Below the pieces are notes generated by a model. The model did no database searches. It saw nothing but the letters and a program-made list of their open reading frames with translations, and had not been told where the DNA came from. A stretch of 63,934 bases of DNA, filler included, from Rhizaria sp. SCN 62-66 (taxonomy: Eukaryota), in the NCBI GenBank assembly GCA_001724265.1. It is 3 parts of 3 records of this genome, joined end to end, with 100 filler letters (N's around TTAATTAATTAA, not from the genome) between each part and the next. Parts side by side here need not be neighbours in the genome. Positions count along the whole stretch, not along the records: positions 1 to 24,204 come from MEDY01000474.1; 2 more parts are not named here. The stretch is one strand, 5' to 3'. The first letter of the stretch is position 1; the number at the start of each line of letters is the position of its first letter. The position numbers and the translations under genes are program-made. Of this stretch, positions 13,201-24,304 are shown in pieces.

Positions 13201-16200
13201 GGCGGAGGCAGCGCGCGCCTGTGTAGCGCTGTCGTCGGCCGCGGCGGCGGCAGCGGCCCACCGGCCCGCCTCGCGCGCCCAGCGCGCGCGCAGCAGCGCG
13301 GCGTCGGCGGTCCACACGGCGGCGGCGAGGCGGCGCGAGGCCGCGGCGCGTGCGGCGGCGGCGGCCGTGTCCAGCTCGAGCACAAGCACGCGGCCGTGGA
13401 AGGACCGGTAGCAGTGCGCCAGCGAGCGTAGCGGGCCCTCGTGTGCGAACGCGGCCTCGTCGTCGCTCTCGCCGTCGTCGCCGTCGCTCTCGCAGCAACC
13501 GTCGCCCGGGACGCCAGCAGTGGTCTTGGTCAAACTATGCGCTGCGCCGTCGCGAAGCTCGGTCAGCAGCGCGGCGTCGCGCGCGGGCCGCACGGTCCAG
13601 CGGCCGCGGCGCTCGGCGCGCGTCAGCGCCGCGGCCGCGCCGGCGCGGGCCAGACGCGCGAACTCGCTCGCCGCAGACGCGCGCAGCAGGCGCTGTGCAC
13701 TGCGCCCGCTGCCACCGCCGCCACCGCCGCCATACGCCGCCGCAGCGGTCGTGTTGTTGCTGCTTTTGCTGCCAGTCATTGCGTTGGCGCTGTCGGAGCC
13801 GGAGAGCACAGCGTCCAACGCCTCGCCAGAGGGCTCAGGGGCGGCGGGCACAGCCGCGGCGGCGGCCTCGGCGTCGGCGGCGGCCGCGGCGGGCACGGCG
13901 TGCTGCGCGCGAGAGCGGCGCGCGCCAGCGCCGGAGTGGTATCGTGCGTCATATGCGTTGTCGTGCAGATTGTGGCCGTCGCCGGCGCGGTCCGAGTCGT
14001 CGCAGTCGCTACCGCTCGCGCTATCATTGCTGTCGCTGCCGAGGTAAAAGCTCTCGTCGTCGTCATCGTCGTCATCGTCGTCGTCGTTGTCGTCGAAGTC
14101 GTCGGACGCGTGGCCACTGCGCGCGCTTTTGTTGTCGTCGCCGTCGCTGGCATCGGAGTTGTCCGCACGCAGCTTCGCCAGCAGCGCCGTTTCCGCGTCC
14201 TCCTCAGCGTCGCCACCGCTGTCGCTCTTGTGCTTACCACTGCCGCGCTTGCCGCCGCTGCCGTTAGCGCGCTGCGCCTGCATGCGCTCGATGGCGCGCG
14301 CAACACGGCGCAGGTCACGCTCGTCGCGCCGCCATGCGCGCCAGCGGCGCTCGAGCCGCAGCTGCCGCAGCCAGCGGCCGCCGCCCGCGCGCGCAGAGAG
14401 GTCCACCACGCGCCCGTCGAGCCGCAGGCAGAAGGCCTCCTCGACCGAGAGCGAAGACCGCAGCGCGAGTGTGGCGGTGGCGGCGGCGGCGGCGGACGTC
14501 AGAGCGCGACTGTCACCACAGGTCCCGGCGGTGGCGGCGGCGACGGTGCTGGAGACGAGCTCCGGCGTCAGCGCTACGGTCACAGCGCCGCCGGCGTCGC
14601 TCGCGCTGTTAATTTGACCGTGACTGTCATCGGCGCCGCTGCCGAGAGTGCTGTGGAGCAGCGCGGCGGGGTCGACGCTGATGCCGGCGGCGAGCAGTGT
14701 GCCCAGAGGGTCGCGCGCCGCCGCCGCGGTGGCGGCCACGGCTGCGTGCAGACGCGCGCGCGACGCCCCCAAGCTTGCACTCGCACTTTCACCGCTACCG
14801 TTAGGCCCAGTCACAATGGCAGGCACCGCGGCGGAGCCGGCGATGGATGTGGCCGCTGCGACGGACGCAGCGGCAGCGAGCACGCCGCGGCCCGCAACGC
14901 TGCGCACGAGCGCGCGCTGCGTCGTCGCCGCCACGGCCACAACCACATCGTCCGCACTGCTCGTACCGCCGTAGCTCACCTTGCTGTGACTGGAGCCATG
15001 ATTGTTGTTGTAAGCGGATGTGACGGCGGCGGCGTGCGCGTTGTAGCACGGCTGCAGCGCGCCCGCGGCGGCCGCGGCGGCGGCGCTGGCGGCCGAGGCC
15101 CCGCGCGCGGACGCCGCAGCGGCGCTGGCGGCGGCGACGGCGGCGGCAGCAGCGAGGTGCGCGTGCCAGCGCGCGCGGCGGCGGCGGCGGCACGCGTCGG
15201 CCTCAGCGGCGACGAGCGCGGCCGCGACCGTGGGGCGCATGCCGTGGTAGCTCGCGCCCGCGCAGACGGCCGCTGCAGCGGCTGCGGCGGCGACAGCGGT
15301 TTCGCGCGAGCGGAACGGCGCGGCGGCCGTGGCGCCCGCGGCGGCCGTGGGCGTGGGCGCGGTGATGATCGCGTACGCACGCAGCGCCGCGGCCGCCAGC
15401 GCGGGCTGCCCCGATGCGTGGGACGCGTGGGACACGTGGATGGCGCCGGCGGCAGTGAGCGGAGGGACGGGGAAGAGCGCGGGGCAGTAGCTGCAGTCGC
15501 AGCCAGGCGGCAGCGCAGCGCGCGCGCGCCGCGCCGCCGCAGCGGCAGCTTGAGCAGCAGAGCCGTTTGCACCGCTGGCGTTGCGCGCGTGTGCGTGGGT
15601 ATCGAAGCTGTCGTCGTCGTCGTTGTCGTCGTCGTTGCGCTCGCTGTCGCTGGAGCCTTGGGCGTCCGTGTCGGCGTCCGCATCGCGGCGCGCACGGCGC
15701 GGACGCGGCGCCAGCAGCAGCGCGTCAGCGCACCCGCACGTGCACCCGCACTCGAGCTCGCCGCCGGCGCCGGCGCCCAGCAGCGGCGGCGGCAGTGTGG
15801 ACGCGGCGCCCACTGCGGGTGTCGTTGTTGCGGCCGACGCAGAGCGCGCAGCGCGGGAGCGCGACGCGGACGCAGCAGCTGTTGCAGCAGCGGCAGCCGC
15901 GGCGGCCGACTTGCCCCCCTTGCCATTCGCAACTGCGGCCGCAGACGCAGCCCCATTGCCGGAGCCGTTGCCGGTGAGCGCGTGCGCGTGCGCGCAGGCG
16001 CAGGCGGCGCACTGCGCGCAGCCAGCGAGCGTGACTGGCCCCGCGCACGCAGCCTGTGCACCGTAGCCGTAGAGCGCGCTGAAGGCCGCGCTGTGCGGGT
16101 GCGCCAGCGCGGGCGCCGCGTCGCAAAACGCGCACTATGCCGGCGCGGACGCCGCAGCGCTCGCGCCGTGCTGCTGCTGCTGCTTCTGCTGTTGCTGCTG

Positions 16201-16248
16201 CTGCTTTCCGTGCGACTGCGCGCGCTGTTGCTGCTGCTGCTGTTGTTC

Positions 16249-16296
<48 letters not shown>

Positions 16297-16524
16297 TTGT
16301 TGTTGTTGGCGGACGTGCATGCGTGCCTGCGCGTGCGCGGCGGGCGGGAGCGTCCCGTCGGCGCGCGTGAGCAGGTGGAAGGCGAGCACGTCGGCCAGCC
16401 GCAGCGCGGGGTGGACCTCGTAGACCACGCCCGCGCCCGAGCCGCCGTCGCGGATTGTCAGCGAAACCGGCGGCAGCGGCGTGAAGCCGCCGCAGGTGCT
16501 GTGCGGCGGGGGGCCACCACCGCC

Positions 16525-16562
<38 letters not shown>

Positions 16563-19500
16563 TGCCGTTGCCATTGCCAGCGCCTTCGTCGTCGTCGTCA
16601 CCGCCGTCGCCGAGGGGCTCGCCGGACGGACGATCGCTGTCATTATTGCTCTTATTGTCATTACTGTTGTTGTTCTTGATGTCTTCGTTGTTGCTGTTTC
16701 CGTCAGTGTCAGCTTTGTTACTGTTGCTGACGCTGCGACCGCTCCCGCTACTGTCACTGTTGGCAGCCCGCTTGGCACTCACAGTACAGGTGGCAGGCGT
16801 GCTCACAGTCACATGGCCGAGCCCACAGTCAGTGCCGTGCTCACGGTCAGTGCCGCGCTCATGGTCAGGGCCGAGCTCATGGTCAGGGCTGAGCTCACGG
16901 TCAGAGCCGCTGTCGGCCTTGCACTCAACCGCATCGCCCCACCACTGCGCCGCATTGACCGCGTTGACCGCATTCACCGGGCCGTCGCCGCCTGCTTTCA
17001 CGCGCAGCACGCCCGCGGTCGCCGCGGCGATGGCCACAGTCAGTGCGTCGCTTTCGCCGCCCGCCACGGTCTCCGTCACCACAGCCGCGACGGAGACGGA
17101 GCCCGCGGCGGCCGCGGCTATGTCGGCCGCGCCGCGCCGCTTGAGAGCCGACGCGGCTGTCACAGCGCTGTTGCCAGGCCCACGGCCACTGCCACTGCGG
17201 CCGCGACTGTTGTCGTTGTTATTGTCATTACGTTTGTCACTAGAAAGCGTCATCGTCGCCGGCGGCGTCAGTGCAAGCCCCGGTGCGGTGTTGAGCCCCA
17301 ATGCGGCGGCGCCGGGCGGCGTCAGCGCCAGCAGCGCCCGCTCCAGCCACGCGCGGTCGCAGCCACGGCCAACCTCTACATCTGCTGCGGAGGCCGCGGC
17401 CACAGTGTACCGTGCTGTGTCTACGTGGTAGTCCGCAGCGGCGTCGGCCAGGTCGCCATCAGCGTCAGACTTGGCTTCGGACGCGCAGCGGCGCCGGCCT
17501 CCAGTGGTGACGCTGCTGTCGTTGTTATTCTTGTTCAAATTGCGTTCATTCATGTGATTGTTCTCGCGCCCGCAGCGCTCATTGCTCGCGCCAGCACTCC
17601 CCTTGCCTTTCCAGTCACCAATACCACCGTTGGCCTTGCTCAGCGAGCGCGCGTCTCCCCCGGTCCCCGTCGTCATCACCGCCTTCCTCCCCTTCGCATC
17701 CACCTCCATCTCGGCGTCGTCTGGACTCGCACTCGTCTTCGTCTGGGTCTCAACCTCAGCTTCTGCTGTAGCCTCGGCCTCAGCCTTAGCCTCGGCCTCT
17801 GCGCGTAGCTGCTCTTGCGCAGCGCGCGCGGCGGCCCGCAGCGCGGCGGGCGGCATCGCAGGCACCGACAGCGCCGTCAGCGTGCTCTGAGCCGCCGCGG
17901 CCGCAGCCGCAGCGGCTACGGACCCCTGCCCGTGTCCAGCGCACTCATCGTCAGCCTCCAAGTCGAGTCCAAACCCCAGGCCCAGTCCAAGTTCGGCCTC
18001 CGCAGCAGAGCAGCCGTCAGCCCTAGTCGCAGTTCCAGCGGCGGCGGCAGCAGCGCCGGCGCCAGCGCCTGCGGCAGTGCGCAGCGCGCCCGCGCCCGTC
18101 GCCACACTGTGCAACACTCCACTAGCTGGTGAGCCCGACGACAGCGCAGAGGCCGAGACGGCGGCGGAGACGGAGGCGGAGGCGGCCGCAGCAGCGGAGG
18201 CGGAGGCGGAGGCGGAGGCGAGGAGCCCGTTGAGCGCGTCGAACGGGGCCCGAGCCAGTGCGCTGAGGGCCGTGGCGGCGGCCGTGGCCGCGGTCGCGGC
18301 GGCCGCGGCAGCAGCGGCCACTGCGGCGGCGTCAGGCCCACTCGCGTGCGCCGCCGAGCCCTGGCCGTGGCCAACAGTATGCGCAGACCCGGTCACAGCT
18401 GCAGCCGTAGTCACAGTGGCCGCCGATGTGGCCGGCGCAGTCGCGTTTCTAGTGGCATTCGAGGAATTGGATGCGTGGAGCGCAGAGCCGGCGGGGGAGT
18501 GCGCGGCTGTGGCGACAAGGCCCTTGGCGCGCGCCGCCCCCGTCTCGCTACTATGGCCGCCGTCGTCCTCGCTCAAGCCGTCCGTGTCGGTCTCAGTCGC
18601 CTCAGCGCAGTCCGCACACTGCGTCGAGTGCGCGAGAGCCTGCGACGGCGGCGGCGGAGGCACGGCCGCGGTGGCGGTGGCGGCGGCGGCGGCCAGGATG
18701 CGTGCAACCAGGTCGTCGAGCGCAGAAGTTAAACCGCGCATGTCGGCGGCCGAGAGCAGCGCGCGCGCAATGCGGGCCAGCCCCAGCCGCAGCCCCCAGC
18801 GCGAGGGCCGCGCGGCGCGGTACGTCCGGTGCCCAGGGTACCCGTGGTGACCGGTTCCCGCGCCGCCGCCGCTAGCAGCGCTTAGGGGGTGTGGGTGGGA
18901 CCGGAGGCGGGCGCGCGCGTGTGGCGGCGGGCCCCCCGAGCTCCGACTGTGAGCAGCGGAGGCCGAGTGACCATGGGCCGAGTGACCGTGAGCAGCGGAG
19001 GGCGCGGGGACAAACTGGGGCGCAAAATCGTCTGCGAAGATGAGGTACAGGATGAGCAGCACGGCGGGCACGGCCAGCAGCTGCAGCCACGGGAACGTAA
19101 ACGCACCCATAGCACTCGCAGCGTCCGCAGCAGCGGCGGCGGCAGCGGCAGCAGAGTCGGCGGCGGCAGTGGCGGCGGCGTCAGCGGCGTCTAGAAGCAC
19201 GTGCTCGCTCGCAGCGTCGGCAAGCGCGCCCGCAGCAGCAGCAGCAGCAGCAGCAGCCGCCGCAGAGGTGGCAGCGGGGCCAAGAGAGGGCGCTGGCGCA
19301 CTGGCTGCAGCTGCGGGCGCGGCAAGTGCGAGCGCAGAAGCAGCTAAGTCTGCGGCGGCCGCGAGGCTGAGCGTGAGCGCGGCCGAGGACACGGCGGCCG
19401 CGGTCGCGTCGGCGGAGGCGTCCGTGGCCGCAAACGAGTAGCCGGCGCCGGCAACGGGGGCGGCTGAGGCAACTGGCGCAGATACTGGCGCGGGCGCAGC

Positions 19501-19854
19501 GACGGACGCGGCGACGGGTTTGCGGGGCGCTGCAGCAGATGCAGCGCCGTCTACGTACTCCAACGGCTGTGGGAGCTGCTGGAAAGCGTCAAGGGGGGCG
19601 GGGGCGCCGCTGCGGGATCCATGGCCGCCGCTGCCGGCGAAGGCTGCGGGGGACGGGGCCGGCGGCGGCGGCGCGGCCGGGACACCTCCGGCGCCGGGCG
19701 GCGCGGGGGTGTCTTTCACTCTGGCGCACACGTCTGGGCTGGAAAGCCCGAGACGAGACAGAACCTCGCACGCCACGCGAGGACCTGACATCTGTGGGGG
19801 TGTGGAGGGGCGCGGGCGCCGTACGCAAAATTGGATGGCAAGGAATGAGAGCAT
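10204..19854 (-). CDS. Very large low-complexity protein (~3200 aa) with hydrophobic segment, poly-Q, coiled coil, (RE)n and His/Gly repeats; one in-frame TAG
   Basis: ORFs 16135-19854 and 10204-15813 are in the same frame, separated only by TAG 16135-16137 plus 107 open codons. Stop TAA. Start uncertain (19854 or ATG 19791). Confidence 0.7.
16225..16308 (-). repeat. (CAG/CAA)n poly-glutamine tract
   Basis: (CTG)n/(TTG)n run on + strand, in the coding frame. Confidence 0.9.
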
Positions 19855-21233
19855 GGTTTTAGAGCGGCTTTAGCATCCTAGATTTAAGAGCACAGTGTGC
19901 ACAACTAGAAACATGAGTGAAAAACCTTAAATGAATCATCGTCTTAAAACACAATCACATAATCATATTCGTATATATCGAGTGGGGATGCCACAGGACT
20001 ATTTCCGAAATTCGTGTTGCTGCCACGGTCAAGGAGCCACCGCCACACACCGTCAGTCTGCGGCAGCAAGCGCACAAAGTAAATGTAATAATATGCTCCC
20101 CAAACACCGTTGCTACGGTTGAAAGTTGCGTGGTGCAATTTTTCCCAGCGCGGCATATGTTGGATTCTTTTTCGTTTTGAGTATCTAGCTCTCGTTCATG
20201 CGTGCTGGGGCTCTCATACGTGCGTGCTGAGGCTGCGCCGACTGTTCGTTGTGCCCTCAGACGTTTGCCGGTCTGTGCTGCGCTCGATGAGCAGCATGGG
20301 ACGAACTGAAGTCCTACCATGGCAGTTGTGCGGCTCTGTGACTCCTTTCAGGTGTGCTTACGACCGACAGTATGCCCTGGAGTCCTCCAGTCAGCCATGC
20401 TCAACGATTCGATCACCTCGACTCCCGCTGAGTCGCGCAACTCATATAACGGCCTCGATTGACCGCGCCCCGTTGTTTCGGGATGCGGTCTTTGTGCTGG
20501 AGGATTATTCTGTATGTTTGCTCTGTATGTCTGATGGTGCAATAATGTTGATTCAGTTAACCCTATACCGTCGACAACGTAAGTCGCCGGCCATACGACG
20601 TGCAAATCTTGGCCATCAAAATGCGTTCGAGTCAACTCTTGCGCGTCAAATGCGAGAATGGTGTTTCGTGAACGATGCATTAGCTTGAATCAGTTACTGC
20701 ACTGTTAATTTCTGTTTTCTTTCAAGTCAGTATGTACACGGTATCATGCATCAATGTCTTTATTCTTTAAAAAGACTGTTCCCTTCTCGAACTTGATGAT
20801 GAGAGGCGGGGGTTGACTTGAATGCACAGAGCAATGAACAGACACGCATAAACAAAACAATACATTAAGCAACGAGGGTATCTTTTCGGCATGTAAACAT
20901 TGATATTCCTGCAACAGTGTTTGATTATATCTTGCCAAAACTCCGAATAAATATGTCTGAGTCAAGCTACGTCGCTCGCCCTCGTCACGGTGCACGTAGT
21001 AACTCGCCAGTCTACGGTTAGTCCACGGTTGAGATTTTTAAATGTATGCTCCTCGGTGCATAGTATCGTCAAGTGGAATCAACACCAGTTTATTCGTTCT
21101 TTTGTCTTCTTAATAGTGTTTACCCAATTTTATATTGTGAATCTGACTGCTTATTATGAGATATCGACAATGGTGTGAAGCCTCAACCAACCACTTGCTT
21201 CTTCATGGTTCCTCTTTACTTGCCGCCGACAGA

Positions 21234-23193
21234 ATGCGCCTCATTCTCGCCTGCGTTGCCTTCCTCGCCGCGACCGCCACCGCTGTCGCCGTGTCTTACC
21301 CCGAGTACGCTGGCTACACCTACGACGCCTTCCTGGCCGAGCACCGCCCCGAGACCCTGCTCTCCGGCGCCAAGCCCTGCCCCGCGCGCAAGGCTGTGTT
21401 CGAGTCCAACCTCGCGACCATCCGCTCGCACAACGCCAAGCGCGGCTCCTACTGGCTCGCAGTGAACGAGTTTGCCGACATGACTGAGGAGGAGTTCGTG
21501 GCTAAGTACACCGGCCGCGACGCGGCTTCGCGCCTCGCCTTCCAAGCCTCCGCGGCCAACCCCGCCGCCGCGCTGCGCGGTTCGCAGTACGAGGACGTGT
21601 CCGACGTCCCCGAGAGCGCCAACTGGGCCCACGCCTACGAAAATGTCCTCACGCAGGGCCAGTGCGGCTCCTGCTGGGCGTTCGGTACGTATACGCAATC
21701 AATCCCGCACAATATCTGCCCTCATCATCGCTCTTGCCACATTCTTTTGCCTAACGAATCGTGACTCTGGTTCACCTCGTTCCTTGTTGTTGTATCTCTG
21801 TCACGCTTTATGAACTTGCTTCATTCACATATATCTCCAATCTGTTCGCATTTTTATCACCACTCATCTCTTCGTATCCGATCGCGTTTGTCTGCACTGC
21901 TCTCTGATGTGTCTCGCTCTCTGCTCCGTGTCTCGCTCTCGTGTCTGCTCTGTCTGTCATGTCTGCTCTACGCCCCTGCGCAGCGACCGCGCACACCCTG
22001 ATCGGCCGCGGCTACATTGCCTCCGGCAAGCGCCTGTCCGTCTCGACGCAGCAGCTCACCTCGTGCACGCCCAACCCCCGCCACTGCGGCGGCACCGGCG
22101 GCTGCAGCGGCGCGACCTTCCAGCTCGCCGCCGACTACATCGCGCGCGCGGGCGCGCTCACCTCGGACGACGTCTACCCCTACACGTCCGGCACCACGAG
22201 CGAGACGGGCGAGTGCAAGTACGACCCGCTGTCGATGCCGCCCGTGCTTACGCTCAAGGGCTACACGCAGCTGTCGTCCAACAACAAGACCGAGGCGCTG
22301 GCCGCCATCGCGAAGGGCCCCGTATCCATCTCCGTCGCCGCCTCCAAGTGGTTCCTCTACGGTGGAGGCGTCTTCGACGGCTGCACCACCGCCGGCGACG
22401 CCATTAGTACGTTCCATCTTTGCTACAACACGCTCTCTCTCAAATCGTAGACATCCAAATTTTGTTTGATTTCTCATCGTTGCGACGACAAGTGCGAATC
22501 GCTCTCTCATCATCTTACTTACTGTCACTGCTATTGTCTCTGACTATTGCTGTTTTCACAGCCAACCACGTCGTGTCCGCGGTTGGCTACGACACCAAGG
22601 CCGGCTACATGACTCTCATCAACTCCTGGGGCCCCTCGTACGTATCATCGCATCACACTACTCTCCTTCGCTTTAAACCGCTATTATTCGCTGTGGTATG
22701 CTTGTACTTCCTCATTGCTGTTACATTGTTACATGCTCACATACTCGCGGGTTCTCTCGACTCTTTCCTCCCTCTTGCTCGCTGTTATTTTGCCGTTGGT
22801 CACGTTTAGCTGTAAGTTTCAGTGCTTCTGTATCTAATTCATTCATCATGCAGAACCGTTTTGTGATGTCTCGCTGGCTTTTTACAGATCATGACACACT
22901 TCTGCATTGCAATTTATCTCACAAATTCTTTTTATCTCTCCTCTTTTCTCTTCCTCTGTCATATTGTCATGTTCTCCCTTGTCTCGCTCTGTCCGTACGT
23001 CCGTCTCTCCTCTGCAGGGGGCGAGAAGGGCTTCATGCGCCTGAAGCTCTACGCCGAGGAGCCGGTGTTGACCAACACGAGCCCACTCGACGGCTCTGGC
23101 TGCGAGGACGACTCCCCCGCCACCGTACAGGTCGCCGGCGAGTGCGGATGGCTCTGCGACTCCGCCACCCCCATCTTCGGCAAGATCTTTTAA
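21234..23193 (+). CDS. Papain-family (C1A) cysteine protease with signal peptide and I29-type prodomain
   Basis: Exons 21234-21684, 21984-22406, 22562-22637, 22810-22811, 23018-23193. Motifs QGQCGSCWAF, NHVVSAVGY, NSWGPSWGEKGF; prodomain VNEFADMTEEEF. Stop TAA. Confidence 0.93.
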
Positions 23194-23882
23194 GTCGAAA
23201 CACAAAACGTCGAATTCAAACACTATGTCGACTCGAACTAATCATGGTTTAGATACGACGATTTTCCAAGCTGTAACAAGCGAGCCCGAGCTTGCTCATG
23301 TTGCGTCAGCAACTTCAGCCCTGTGTGACGGTTGCGACTCTAAAGTGCTGTGTGTGGGTTAACTCTCTAAAAGTTGTAGTTCTTGCCCCAGCACGTTTGT
23401 TCATGTGGTCATCTTAGTGCATATATGTATTAGCTACGCTTGTGGTGTGAAGACAGTGAAACCATCACATACAACATCTTCACTAGTAACGTTTATCAAA
23501 GTCTATCGTAGTCATCTATTCGCAGCGATTATTGCAAAGAAAATGAAGAGCATATGAATTTGGGATATTGCATCGTTTACATTGTATTATTACAATTTTG
23601 TGTAGTTATAGTGGACAGAAATGGCAGAAGAAAGTGGCAACAACAGCGGCACGCGCACACACACAGTCGCGTGGCAGCCACATGTGCGCGCAACGCGGAC
23701 AGGTGAGCTGTGGGACAGAGGGCGTGAGACAGACGTCATTGCCAGAAATAAATAGAACACTTCTGCAATAGATAAGAGTGAAGTGTAAAGTGGATAACGA
23801 CAAGGCAACGTCAACACAATGATCGGCATCAGTTTCTCTGACTCATTGTGCTGCCGCGAGGCTTAGACTTGCTGTTGCGCAC

Positions 23883-24204
23883 TTACTTGCTCTCGCTCAT
23901 CTTGTTGAGGGCAGAGCCGGCCTTGAACCAGCCGATCTGGCCCTCGTTGAAGGTATGGTTGACGGTGAAGTTGACGACGGAGCCGTCGGCCTTGGTGGCC
24001 GTGCACTCGAGCGGCTTGCCGGGGGCGAGGCCCGCGAGGCCCTTGATCGAGATCTTGTCCGTGCCGGAGATCTTGTCGTAGTCGGCTGGGTTGGCGAAGG
24101 TGAGCGGGAGCATGCCCTGCTTCTTCAGGTTGGTCTCGTGGATGCGCGCGAAGGAGCGCGTGATGACGGCGACGCCGCCCAGGTGGCGCGGCTCCAGCGC
24201 GGCG
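23883..24204 (-). CDS. ACO2: Mitochondrial-type aconitase, C-terminal fragment (cut by contig end)
   Basis: [45 protein letters not shown]...WFKAGSALN. Stop TAA. Confidence 0.95.
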
Positions 24205-24304
24205 NNNNNNNNNNNNNNNNNNNNNNNNNNNNNNNNNNNNNNNNNNNNTTAATTAATTAANNNNNNNNNNNNNNNNNNNNNNNNNNNNNNNNNNNNNNNN
24301 NNNN
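24205..24304. other. Artificial contig linker
   Basis: N-run flanking TTAATTAATTAA (stops in all six frames). Genes are truncated on both sides. Confidence 0.97.

Noticed and set aside
16820-16910. 18-nt tandem repeat (DRELSP/DHELGP/DHERGT/DREHGT) as a CRISPR-like array
   Set aside because: In-frame coding minisatellite with no spacers.
13441-17808. 1455-aa plus-strand ORF and many other long antisense or alternate-frame ORFs
   Set aside because: Shadow ORFs of stop-poor, very GC-rich coding DNA; Arg/Gly-rich with no domains.
20110-20688. 192-aa ORF in the gap before the protease
   Set aside because: Lacks the genome's codon bias, recognisable motifs and splice support.
24249-24260. TTAATTAATTAA palindrome as a biological site
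   Set aside because: Identical N-flanked copy at 52616-52627; an assembly spacer.
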